This document shows positions 56,225 to 64,000 of a DNA stretch of 64,000 nt, piece after piece; position 1 is the first letter of the stretch, and the number at the start of each line of letters is the position of its first letter. The translations under genes were made by a program, and so were the position numbers. The notes under the pieces were generated by a model. That model was not told where the DNA came from. It worked only from the letters and a program-made list of their open reading frames with translations, and did not search any database. This DNA comes from an uncultured Candidatus Saccharibacteria bacterium (GTDB taxonomy: Bacteria > Patescibacteriota > Minisyncoccia > Phycocordibacterales > UBA2100): NCBI GenBank assembly GCA_964586255.1, contig CAZPGE010000001.1:133907-197906 (forward strand). Direction: 5' to 3'.

Positions 56225-57457
56225 TTATTTAAAGGCTAGTACAGAAGCAGGCTGACTCTTACCCGCTGTAAGAACAATCATACCATCGCCATCAACATCA
56301 TCTTTCCCCAGCACTCGGTCGACATCGTCCACCAAGGTACCGTTTATTTTGACCGCATTACCCTCGACGAGCCTGCGTGCAGCGGATTTTGATTCCGCGT
56401 ATCCAAGCGACACCAGCACCTCGATGACGCTCGCGCCAGCATCAATATCTGTCTTGAGCTGACTCTTATCTTCTTTGGTGAGCTCTTTCTTAAACTTCAA
56501 TTCGGTCTCGGCCAATGCTTGTACTGCGGCATCTTTGCCGTGCACAAGCTCAGTGACTTCGTCGGCCAATCTTCGTTGAGCAAGTCGAGCACCAGGATTC
56601 TTTGCGTGCTCCGTAATGACCTCCTCGATAGTCGCTCTCGGAAGAAGGGTGAGTTTATAGAGCAGCTCCCCTACTGACTCGTCGTCGACGTTGAGGAAAA
56701 ATTGGTAGAAGCGGAACGTGTTCGTCTTTATGGCATCAAGCCATATCGCACCCTCTTCACTCTTTCCGAATTTCTTGCCCGTCGACTTGTTGATGAGAAG
56801 TGGCGATGTAAAAGCGTATGCAGTGTCACCTGTCTTGCGACGAATCAAATCTACCCCTGATGTAATATTTCCCCATTGGTCAGATGCTCCAATCTGGAGG
56901 TCGACGCCATTGCTCTGATGCAAGTGTAAATAATCGTAAGCTTGAAGGAGCATGTATGAGAATTCCGTATACGAAATGCCTTGTTCCTGACCTTCAATCC
57001 GATTCTTCACCGAATCGCGTTGCAGCATCGCATTGACTGAAAAATGCTTGCCGATGTCACGCAAAAATTCGAGCAGATTGAGTGGACGCAGCCAATCAGC
57101 GTTGTTCACCATCATAAAGTCGAGTCCGCCGAAAAGCTTTTTCGCCTGTGAGGCAATTGCGCCTGAATTGCGCTGTATGGTCTCGTCGTCGAGCAAATTG
57201 CGCTCTTCGCTCTTGCCCGACGGGTCTCCTATCATGCCCGTCCCTCCTCCGATTACGAGAACAACCTTGTGACCATCGAGGAGGAAATGTCGCAGCACGA
57301 GCATGGCCTGCAGATTACCCACATGGAGGGAATCGGCTGACGGGTCGATACCAAGATAGACCGTCCGTTTCTGCCCATCGGTGATTTCCTCGAGGGTTTC
57401 CGATGAATGCTGGTGCACGTACCCGCGTTCGCGCAGTATTTCCGAGAGCTTTGCCAT
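56225..57457 (-). CDS. tyrS: Tyrosine--tRNA ligase
   Basis: 410 aa; HVGNL (HIGH), KFGKS (KMSKS), C-terminal S4 domain. Confidence 0.93.
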   Translation of the reverse strand: MAKLSEILRERGYVHQHSSETLEEITDGQKRTVYLGIDPSADSLHVGNLQAMLVLRHFLLDGHKVVLVIGGGTGMIGDPSGKSEERNLLDDETIQRNSGAIASQAKKLFGGLDFMMVNNADWLRPLNLLEFLRDIGKHFSVNAMLQRDSVKNRIEGQEQGISYTEFSYMLLQAYDYLHLHQSNGVDLQIGASDQWGNITSGVDLIRRKTGDTAYAFTSPLLINKSTGKKFGKSEEGAIWLDAIKTNTFRFYQFFLNVDDESVGELLYKLTLLPRATIEEVITEHAKNPGARLAQRRLADEVTELVHGKDAAVQALAETELKFKKELTKEDKSQLKTDIDAGASVIEVLVSLGYAESKSAARRLVEGNAVKINGTLVDDVDRVLGKDDVDGDGMIVLTAGKSQPASVLAFK

Positions 57458-57478
57458 AGATGCAGAAATAGTAGCACG

Positions 57479-58525
57479 CTAGGCCTGCGGGTCGGGCATA
57501 ACCGTATAGAGGGCCTGTATGTCTGCCATGACCTCACTTGAGAGCTGTATGTCCGCGCTTGCGATATCCATTTTGAGCTGCTCCATGGAAGTTGCTCCGA
57601 TGATATTGGAAGTCGTAAAAGGGCGGTCGGTGACAAACGCGAGCGCCATTTGCGCTGGGTCGAGTCCGTGCTTTTTTGCGATATCCACGTACGCCTGAAT
57701 CCCCTCTTGGAGGTGCTCAGCGTTGTAGCGCTCCCTGTTGCGGTCAAAGAGTGTGTGACGCGCTTTCTCGGGCTTGGCACCACCAAGGTATTTGCCCGAG
57801 AGGACTCCTCCGCCAAGCGGAGAGTACGGCAGAAACCCGACGCCTTCGCGCAAACACATCTCGGAAAGACCAATTTCGAAGGTGCGATTCATGAGTGAGT
57901 ACTGATTTTGTATCGTAGCTATCTTCGGCAATCCTTTTTCGCGGGCGAGGCGCAGGTATTCACTCATGCCCCACGGTGTCTCGTTGGAGATGCCGATGTA
58001 TCGAGCTTTCCCACTCTGTACTACCTCGGCGAGCGCCGAAAGCGTCTCCTCTATCGGCGTCCCTGAATCCTCCGGCAGAAACTCCACACCGCGCACGCCG
58101 AAGAAGTTGGTAGCACGCTCCGGCCAATGCACTTGATAGATGTCGACGTAATCTCTCTGAAGTCTCTCCAGGGTGCCGTCTATCGCCGCAAGGATATTCT
58201 TGCGGTCGTATATCGTACGCGGTCCCTCCATGGGGCGGGTGCGAATCGCGGGCGAGGCAGCTACTTTGCTCGCGACGACGAGGTCATCACTTTTCCCGCG
58301 CTTCTTGAGCCACGTGCCGATATAGGTTTCCGTGCGCCCCTGTTTTTCGGGGTCGGGCGGAATCGGATACACTTCTGCCGTATCAATAAAGTTGATGCCC
58401 TGCGTGAGCGCATAGTCGAGCTGCTCGTGCCCATCAGCTTCTGTATTCTGCTGGCCCCAGTTCATCGAGCCGAGACAAATCTTCGAGACTTTTACATCAG
58501 TGCCCGGTATATTTCTGTAATCCAT
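57479..58525 (-). CDS. Aldo/keto reductase family oxidoreductase
   Basis: From MDYRNIPGTDVKVSKICLGSMNWG...; AKR fold motifs. Confidence 0.85.
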   Translation of the reverse strand: MDYRNIPGTDVKVSKICLGSMNWGQQNTEADGHEQLDYALTQGINFIDTAEVYPIPPDPEKQGRTETYIGTWLKKRGKSDDLVVASKVAASPAIRTRPMEGPRTIYDRKNILAAIDGTLERLQRDYVDIYQVHWPERATNFFGVRGVEFLPEDSGTPIEETLSALAEVVQSGKARYIGISNETPWGMSEYLRLAREKGLPKIATIQNQYSLMNRTFEIGLSEMCLREGVGFLPYSPLGGGVLSGKYLGGAKPEKARHTLFDRNRERYNAEHLQEGIQAYVDIAKKHGLDPAQMALAFVTDRPFTTSNIIGATSMEQLKMDIASADIQLSSEVMADIQALYTVMPDPQA

Positions 58526-58600
58526 AGCGCGCCAGTATACCAAATTGAACATTAGCACTGTGTATCATCACCTCAATCTAGAGGTGACACCTCTAGATTT

Positions 58601-58990
58601 CTATTTCCCGTCGCGCTTTTCTTCGCGGAGCTGCACTTCATTCTCATCCATGCCGAAGTGGTGCGCGAATTCGTGCCAAATCGTCTCAGCAATCACCTGC
58701 GCAACAGGCATGCCGTCTTCCTGTGCTGCCTGCTCTATGGGCTTACGAAAGAGCGTAATGGTGTCGGGCAGCGTCATCCCAACACCGTAGTGCTCGCCAC
58801 GTTCGGTAAGAGGAATTCCTTGGTAGTAACCCAGAAGCGTCTCATCATCGCCAAGACCCTCAACCATGCGCACCTCATCGGAGGGTTCGTCCTCTGTAAG
58901 AAGTGCGACGTTCTGTATACGCGCTCGCACCCATTCCGGCAGCTGTTCAAACCCTTCTTCTATAAGTTGTTCGAACTGATGGTCAGGCAT
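58601..58990 (-). CDS. Small zincin-like metallopeptidase (HExxH)
   Basis: HEFAHHFG motif near the C-terminus; about 130 aa from MPDHQFEQ... Confidence 0.6.
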   Translation of the reverse strand: MPDHQFEQLIEEGFEQLPEWVRARIQNVALLTEDEPSDEVRMVEGLGDDETLLGYYQGIPLTERGEHYGVGMTLPDTITLFRKPIEQAAQEDGMPVAQVIAETIWHEFAHHFGMDENEVQLREEKRDGK

Positions 58991-59534
58991 TTTGTTTGAC
59001 GAGCTGTGCGAAACGTTTACGCACTCTTTCAATTTTTGGCTCGATAACTATCTGACAATACGGCGCACTCGCGTTGTTGGCATAGTAGTCCTTGTGATAA
59101 TCCTCGGCCGGGTAAAATCCGCCGGCTGGCGGAGTACCGAGCTTTTCTATCTGCGTGACGACACTCGTCCCATCAGTAAGTGACTCCTGTATTTCCTTTG
59201 CGACGCACTCCGCTATCGCCTTTTCTTCACCAGTCATATACAAAATCACCGAGCGATATTGCTCTCCGATGTCTGCGCCCTGTCTATTCGGCGTCGTGGG
59301 ATCATGAGAACCAAAAAATACCGTCAACAAATCTTCGTACGAAATCACTGCAGGGTCATAAGTGACGCGGATGACTTCCGCATGTCCTGTGTTGCCCTCG
59401 GCGACACGCTCGTAGGTAGGGTTCGCGCCAGCGCCGCCGGCATACCCAGACTCTACGCTTGTCACGCCCTTGAGCATCGCGAACACCGCTTCAGTGCACC
59501 AGAAGCACCCGCCACCAAAAACCGCCGTATGCAT
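58983..59534 (-). CDS. msrA: Peptide methionine sulfoxide reductase MsrA
   Basis: 183 aa; GGCFWCTEAVF active-site motif. Confidence 0.93.
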   Translation of the reverse strand: MHTAVFGGGCFWCTEAVFAMLKGVTSVESGYAGGAGANPTYERVAEGNTGHAEVIRVTYDPAVISYEDLLTVFFGSHDPTTPNRQGADIGEQYRSVILYMTGEEKAIAECVAKEIQESLTDGTSVVTQIEKLGTPPAGGFYPAEDYHKDYYANNASAPYCQIVIEPKIERVRKRFAQLVKQNA

Positions 59535-59536
59535 AC

Positions 59537-60988
59537 TTACTGTGTGCGAGGACGCAGCAGTGGGAAAAGCTGTGCTTCGTGTGCGGGCCTGTTCTCTAAG
59601 AACGAAAAGAGTCGCTCCGACATGCCGAAGCCAAAAGAAGGTGGCATACCGTACTCCATAGCGCGCACGTAATCGTCGTCGAGTCGCTGCGCTTCGTCGT
59701 CTCCCGCATCGCGAAGTGCCTGTTGCTCTTCAAAACGAGCCCGTTGGTCGAGTGGGTCGTTGAGCTCGCTAAATCCCTTGCCCATCTCCGAGCCCGCGAG
59801 TATCACCTGCATGCGCTCCACAATCGCAGCGTTCTTTGGTGAGCGCTTCGCGAGTGGCTCCAAATATGCCGGCTGATTGATGAGAAATGCGGGACCTGCG
59901 ACGGATTTGCGAATCGCCTTCCACAGGTGATCCACCGCGCGCGCTTTGTTGAGCGCTTCGCCGTACTGAATCTGCGCGTCGCGCACCGCTTGTATCGCCT
60001 CATCTTCGGAGCAGGTGATGGGATCGATTCCATACGTCTTCTGAATCACCTCGCAAAAGTCTATCTCCTTCCATTCCTCAGCAAGGTCTACTGTGTGGCC
60101 GTTGATTTCAAACGTGTATTTTCCGTACAGCTCTTTCGCGATAGCACGATACAGGTCTTGCACAAATGTCATGCCCGCAGCCATGTCGCTGTACGCCTCG
60201 TAGCTTTCTATCTGTGTGTAGTCTTGCAAGTGCTCGCGCGACTGACCTTCGTTGCGAAAGATTCTGCCTATTTCAAAAACCTTCGGGAATCCTGCTACGA
60301 GAAGTCGCTTGAGCCAAAGCTCAAGAGAAATGCGAAGTGATACGTCGATATCGAGCGCGTTGTGGTGAGTTTCAAACGGTCGCGCATCAGCCCCGCCTGG
60401 AGAGGATTCGAGCACCGGCGTTTCCACTTCCAAAAACCCGTGAGCGATATAAAAATTGCGCACCGTCGCCCAAAATTTCGAACGCCTCTCAAACATGGCA
60501 CGCACCTCGGGGTTCATGAGAATGTCCAAATACCGCTCGCGCAATATCTTTTCCTCATCTTTAAGACCAAACCACGTATCGGGAATCGGTGAGATAGATT
60601 TCGCAAGCATGCGCCAGCTTCTCACGAGTAGAGATTTCTCTCCGCGCTTCGTCGTATATGCATTCCCGCTCACTTCCACGAAATCTCCCATATCGACCGT
60701 ATCCGCAAACAAAGTGAGTTCAGCGTCGTCCGTCTCCCCTTTTTGGAGCACTGCTTGAGTCTTTGCCGTGCCATCGAATATGTCGGCAAACAATATCGCC
60801 CCTTGTCCGCGGCTCGACATAACACGGCCCGCCAGAGTCACTGTCGTCTCTCCGAGAGACTCATGCGCACCCAGAAAGTCCGCGTTGGAATGGCTGCGAT
60901 TGCTATGCACGGGATATGCTTCCATCCCCGCATCGTGCAGTTTTTGAAGCTTCTTGAGCCTCTCGGCCCTAATGTCCTCTCCGCTCAT
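59537..60988 (-). CDS. lysS: Lysine--tRNA ligase (class II)
   Basis: From MSGEDIRAERLKKLQKL...; N-terminal OB anticodon-binding domain, class II motifs, about 484 aa. Confidence 0.92.
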   Translation of the reverse strand: MSGEDIRAERLKKLQKLHDAGMEAYPVHSNRSHSNADFLGAHESLGETTVTLAGRVMSSRGQGAILFADIFDGTAKTQAVLQKGETDDAELTLFADTVDMGDFVEVSGNAYTTKRGEKSLLVRSWRMLAKSISPIPDTWFGLKDEEKILRERYLDILMNPEVRAMFERRSKFWATVRNFYIAHGFLEVETPVLESSPGGADARPFETHHNALDIDVSLRISLELWLKRLLVAGFPKVFEIGRIFRNEGQSREHLQDYTQIESYEAYSDMAAGMTFVQDLYRAIAKELYGKYTFEINGHTVDLAEEWKEIDFCEVIQKTYGIDPITCSEDEAIQAVRDAQIQYGEALNKARAVDHLWKAIRKSVAGPAFLINQPAYLEPLAKRSPKNAAIVERMQVILAGSEMGKGFSELNDPLDQRARFEEQQALRDAGDDEAQRLDDDYVRAMEYGMPPSFGFGMSERLFSFLENRPAHEAQLFPLLRPRTQ

Positions 60989-61013
60989 CGAGCTATGATA
61001 GCAGAAAAGATGG

Positions 61014-61817
61014 CTATGCCGCACGTCTGTACAGACGAATTGCAAGCGGCATAAAGACACCCAAGATACCCGCTATCCAGAGCACAGCGAGCCACGAGAG
61101 CCTCGCAGCCTCCGCGGCATCGGCATATCCAAGCAGGAGCGTGCGGACCGCGTTGACGGTCACGCTGATGGGATTGATTTCGGCGAAAACTCGGAGCCAA
61201 TCGGGCATAGTCTCAACAGGCACGAACACTGAGGACGCGAATACGAGCGGAAAGACCCAGATAAACCCGGCGACCTGTGCGGTCTCTACGTTTTTCACGA
61301 GGAGTCCTATCGTCGCCGATATCCAAGAGAAGGCGAAGCCAAAAAGAAGCAGTATTGCAAATGCGAGCACGGCGTCAGAGACAGAGCCGCCGATGCGGAA
61401 TCCTATCAGGCTTCCGACGCCAAACATAAGTAGGATCACGAAAATATTGCGCATCGTATCGGCAAGCGTGCGCCCCGCGAGCACCGCCGCTCTTGCCATG
61501 GGGAGTGAGCGAAATCGGTCTATGAGACCCTTTGCCATGTCTTCCGTAAGACCGACACCCGTCTGTATCGCACCGAAGACCGCGCTCTGCACGAGGATGC
61601 CTGGCAAGAGATAATCAATGTATGAACCTGTCACACGGATAGCACCGCCAAACACGTATGTGAAAAGCAGCAAAAACATCACCGGCTGGATGGTCGAAAA
61701 AATCAAAAGCTGCGGCAAGCGCACATACCGAATCAGATTGCGCTCCACCATCGTAAGCGTGTCACTCACCACATACATCCATCTTTTTTCTAACAATGCT
61801 CGGTAAATAGCTTCCAT
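61014..61817 (-). CDS. ABC-2 type transporter permease
   Basis: 267 aa; 6 TM; typical ABC-2 architecture downstream of the ATPase gene. Confidence 0.8.
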   Translation of the reverse strand: MEAIYRALLEKRWMYVVSDTLTMVERNLIRYVRLPQLLIFSTIQPVMFLLLFTYVFGGAIRVTGSYIDYLLPGILVQSAVFGAIQTGVGLTEDMAKGLIDRFRSLPMARAAVLAGRTLADTMRNIFVILLMFGVGSLIGFRIGGSVSDAVLAFAILLLFGFAFSWISATIGLLVKNVETAQVAGFIWVFPLVFASSVFVPVETMPDWLRVFAEINPISVTVNAVRTLLLGYADAAEAARLSWLAVLWIAGILGVFMPLAIRLYRRAA

Positions 61818-61822
61818 AATCT

Positions 61823-62767
61823 TTATGCGCGAACACCGTGGCCGGTTAGTTTGAGAAATATTTCATCGAGCGTAGGGCGCCGTACGGTGAGATCTTCGAT
61901 TTCAATATGGGCGACATCGAGTGCCCGAATCGCTTTCGGAAGCGAGCCGACCCCCTGGTCAAGCGTCATGGAAATAGTTTGAGTCTCAAAATCTACATGT
62001 ACGCTCTGGCTTTCGCCTATCGAACGAAGTGCAGCTGTGGCTTCGTTGATACGACTAATATCGCGAATACGAACTTCCAAGACCTCATCGCCGAGCTCCG
62101 TCTTGAGCTCGTGTGGCGTGCCAGACGCGATGACTTTTCCGTGATCGATCACCACAATGCGATCAGCGAGAAAATCGGCTTCGTCCAAATACTGCGTAGT
62201 GAGAAGCACCGTCGTGCCCTGTGCGACAAGCTCTCGGATGATTTTCCAAAGCGCAATGCGACTCTGCGGATCAAGCCCCGTCGTAGGTTCATCGAGAAAA
62301 AGTACGGGAGGATTATTCACAAGCGAGGCCGCGAGATCGAGCCGCCGTCGCATTCCTCCTGAGTACGTCTTGAGTGTGCGGTCGGCCGCATCGGTGAGGT
62401 CAAAATGTCCGAGCAAATCGGCTGCACGAAGCTGCGCTTCTTTCATTGGCATGTGATAGAGACGGCCCACCATGATGAGGTTCTCTCTCCCGGTGAGATT
62501 TTCGTCGACCGCAGCATACTGGCCCGCGAGACCAATGATTTCCCGCACGGCCTGCGCCTCAGTGTCGACATTGAGACCCTCTACCCAAGCCTCGCCTGAG
62601 TCGATCTTCATGAGCGTCGTGAGCATCCGTATGAGGGTCGTTTTACCTGCTCCATTGGGGCCCAGAAGGCCCAGGACGGTGCCTTTATCGACCGTGAGGT
62701 CTATCCCGCGTACAGCCTCGATGTCGCCAAAGGACTTGCGTATATTGCGTATCTGGATGCTTGGCAT
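61823..62767 (-). CDS. ABC transporter ATP-binding protein (DrrA-like)
   Basis: 314 aa; Walker A GPNGAGKTT, signature YSGGMRRRL, Walker B LLFLDEPT. Confidence 0.9.
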   Translation of the reverse strand: MPSIQIRNIRKSFGDIEAVRGIDLTVDKGTVLGLLGPNGAGKTTLIRMLTTLMKIDSGEAWVEGLNVDTEAQAVREIIGLAGQYAAVDENLTGRENLIMVGRLYHMPMKEAQLRAADLLGHFDLTDAADRTLKTYSGGMRRRLDLAASLVNNPPVLFLDEPTTGLDPQSRIALWKIIRELVAQGTTVLLTTQYLDEADFLADRIVVIDHGKVIASGTPHELKTELGDEVLEVRIRDISRINEATAALRSIGESQSVHVDFETQTISMTLDQGVGSLPKAIRALDVAHIEIEDLTVRRPTLDEIFLKLTGHGVRA

Positions 62768-62797
62768 CGACGCACGTTACAACACCACCCCAAAGTG

Positions 62798-63910
62798 TCA
62801 ATGAATATGCATATGACCCTTATTATTCAGTCCCGACCGTCCCGTGAGGAGCCAGACAGAAATAAGTGTGGTAATTGGCACAGCGAGGACAAGGCCTATG
62901 GAGCCGACCATGGTGCGTACTATTTCCGTAGCAAATATTTCCCTGTTCATATTGAGGAGGAAGTTACCAGCGCCACTATTGTAAAAAAGGAGCAGGAGCG
63001 GCAGTGACACGCCTACGTATGCGATTGCAAGCGAGTTGACCAAAGCCCCCGTGTGCTCGCGGCCGATACGAATCGCGCGCGCGTACACTTCGCCCGCGTG
63101 TAAATTCTGACCCGCACGCTTTATTTCCTCTACGCTCACAGCCTGACCGATAGCAATATCGTAGAGGACGCCGAGCAGACCAATGAGCACTCCCCCAAGA
63201 AGCAATCCTGCAAAATCGATTGTCCCGCCTGTATTGAAATGCAGGTACACCGCTTCTTCCGTCTCAAATCCAGTGAGCCGACCGAAATAAATCGAAGCCC
63301 ATGCCAACGCGCCCGTAAAGAGAATCGTCGCAATCATGCCAAAGACGGCGGCCAGAGTCGTCCTGTTAAATCCGTGCGTTACGAAAGAGCCCACGCCGAT
63401 TATCAGCGATGCCACACCAATCGCTACGAACACCGGCGAGTATCCTGCGAGAATCCCCGGCAAAAGTAAGTAGACGATTAAAAACAAGCCTCCGACGAGT
63501 GATGCGAGCCCCCGGAGCCCTTGGGTGCCACCAAATATGGCGACGACGAGAACGAAGAGCGCGACGAGACCAAACAAAAAAGGGAGCCGATACGGATCCG
63601 CGACGCTAAAATATTCGGTACCGTCGATGTCCGTCCGGTACCGCATGTAAAACGTCTCGCCTTCGCGCAGTCGTATGTAATCGTTTTCCACGATAACCTC
63701 ATCACCACCTTTGACACCTTCTACTATCTCGGCACGAATAGTCTGATTTAGTGCCGTTACGTCGGTCCCCACAATCGGAAGTGTCTCTTGCGCGATTATC
63801 TCAATCACCCGAGCGCGGACGATGATTTCAGTATCAGGCACGAGCTCCTGTGCAATGACAAGAGAGGGCACCGACCCGAGAAAGATGACAAGTGCTACCG
63901 CAAAACGCAT
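62798..63910 (-). CDS. YibE/F-like polytopic membrane protein
   Basis: 370 aa; signal peptide, extracytoplasmic N-terminal domain, then about 7 TM helices. Confidence 0.5.
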   Translation of the reverse strand: MRFAVALVIFLGSVPSLVIAQELVPDTEIIVRARVIEIIAQETLPIVGTDVTALNQTIRAEIVEGVKGGDEVIVENDYIRLREGETFYMRYRTDIDGTEYFSVADPYRLPFLFGLVALFVLVVAIFGGTQGLRGLASLVGGLFLIVYLLLPGILAGYSPVFVAIGVASLIIGVGSFVTHGFNRTTLAAVFGMIATILFTGALAWASIYFGRLTGFETEEAVYLHFNTGGTIDFAGLLLGGVLIGLLGVLYDIAIGQAVSVEEIKRAGQNLHAGEVYARAIRIGREHTGALVNSLAIAYVGVSLPLLLLFYNSGAGNFLLNMNREIFATEIVRTMVGSIGLVLAVPITTLISVWLLTGRSGLNNKGHMHIH

Positions 63911-63922
63911 CGCGAAAGTATA

Positions 63923-64000
63923 TCAAAATGCCTCCGTCGCCGTGGCCGTGGCCAATGGCTCATGCGCAGGCTCCTCGTGAGGCAGCGCGTATGCAACACC
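63923..64000 (-). CDS. 3' end of an unidentified gene running off the window (...PHEEPAHEPLATATATEAF*)
   Basis: Open minus-strand frame to the window edge, with a stop at 63923..63925. Confidence 0.2.
   Translation of the reverse strand, partial: GVAYALPHEEPAHEPLATATATEAF

Overview
This window is a densely coded bacterial chromosomal segment, mostly on the minus strand and dominated by housekeeping genes. The gene content suggests a reduced-genome, CPR/Patescibacteria-like organism: an archaeal-type AspRS, a short 638-aa AlaRS, a short UvrC, many small membrane proteins and few biosynthetic genes.

Recognisable genes include:
- aspS (truncated at the window edge and absent from the ORF track) and trpS
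- an operon grpE - PaaX-like regulator - dnaK - dnaJ
- a ribosomal protein/rpoA/infA cluster (rpsI, rplM, rplQ, rpoA, rpsD, rpsK, rpsM, rpmJ, infA); rpmJ is not in the ORF track
- alaS and an M16 peptidase
- an MGMT - Cas4-like nuclease - MgtC - ATP-cone/Mrr endonuclease run
- mnmA, mltG, dnaB, recR, rplU, rmuC
- an ECF sigma factor with a nearby anti-sigma-like protein
- ddl, tRNA-Ala(UGC), uvrC, carAB, uvrA, murB, uvrB, tgt, tyrS, msrA, lysS
- an ABC exporter and a YibE/F-like membrane protein

The most interesting signal is a 36-bp near-palindrome centred on CCAATTGG that occurs exactly three times: upstream of dnaK, upstream of the PaaX-like regulator gene (which sits between grpE and dnaK where hrcA normally lies), and upstream of uvrA. 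This points to an undescribed chaperone/DNA-repair regulon with its own autoregulated repressor. No CIRCE element, hrcA or canonical LexA box is visible.

Other notable features:
- a decayed partial duplicate of the alaS 3' end
- a structured leader with tandem intrinsic terminators in front of carAB
- a 47-bp palindrome and a possible small RNA between rpsI and grpE
- an ATP-cone::Mrr nuclease fusion
- an acyl-ACP-reductase-like protein next to an orphan multi-TM histidine kinase
- several recurrent TATACT(CGC)-N3-9-ATG start contexts suggesting near-leaderless transcription
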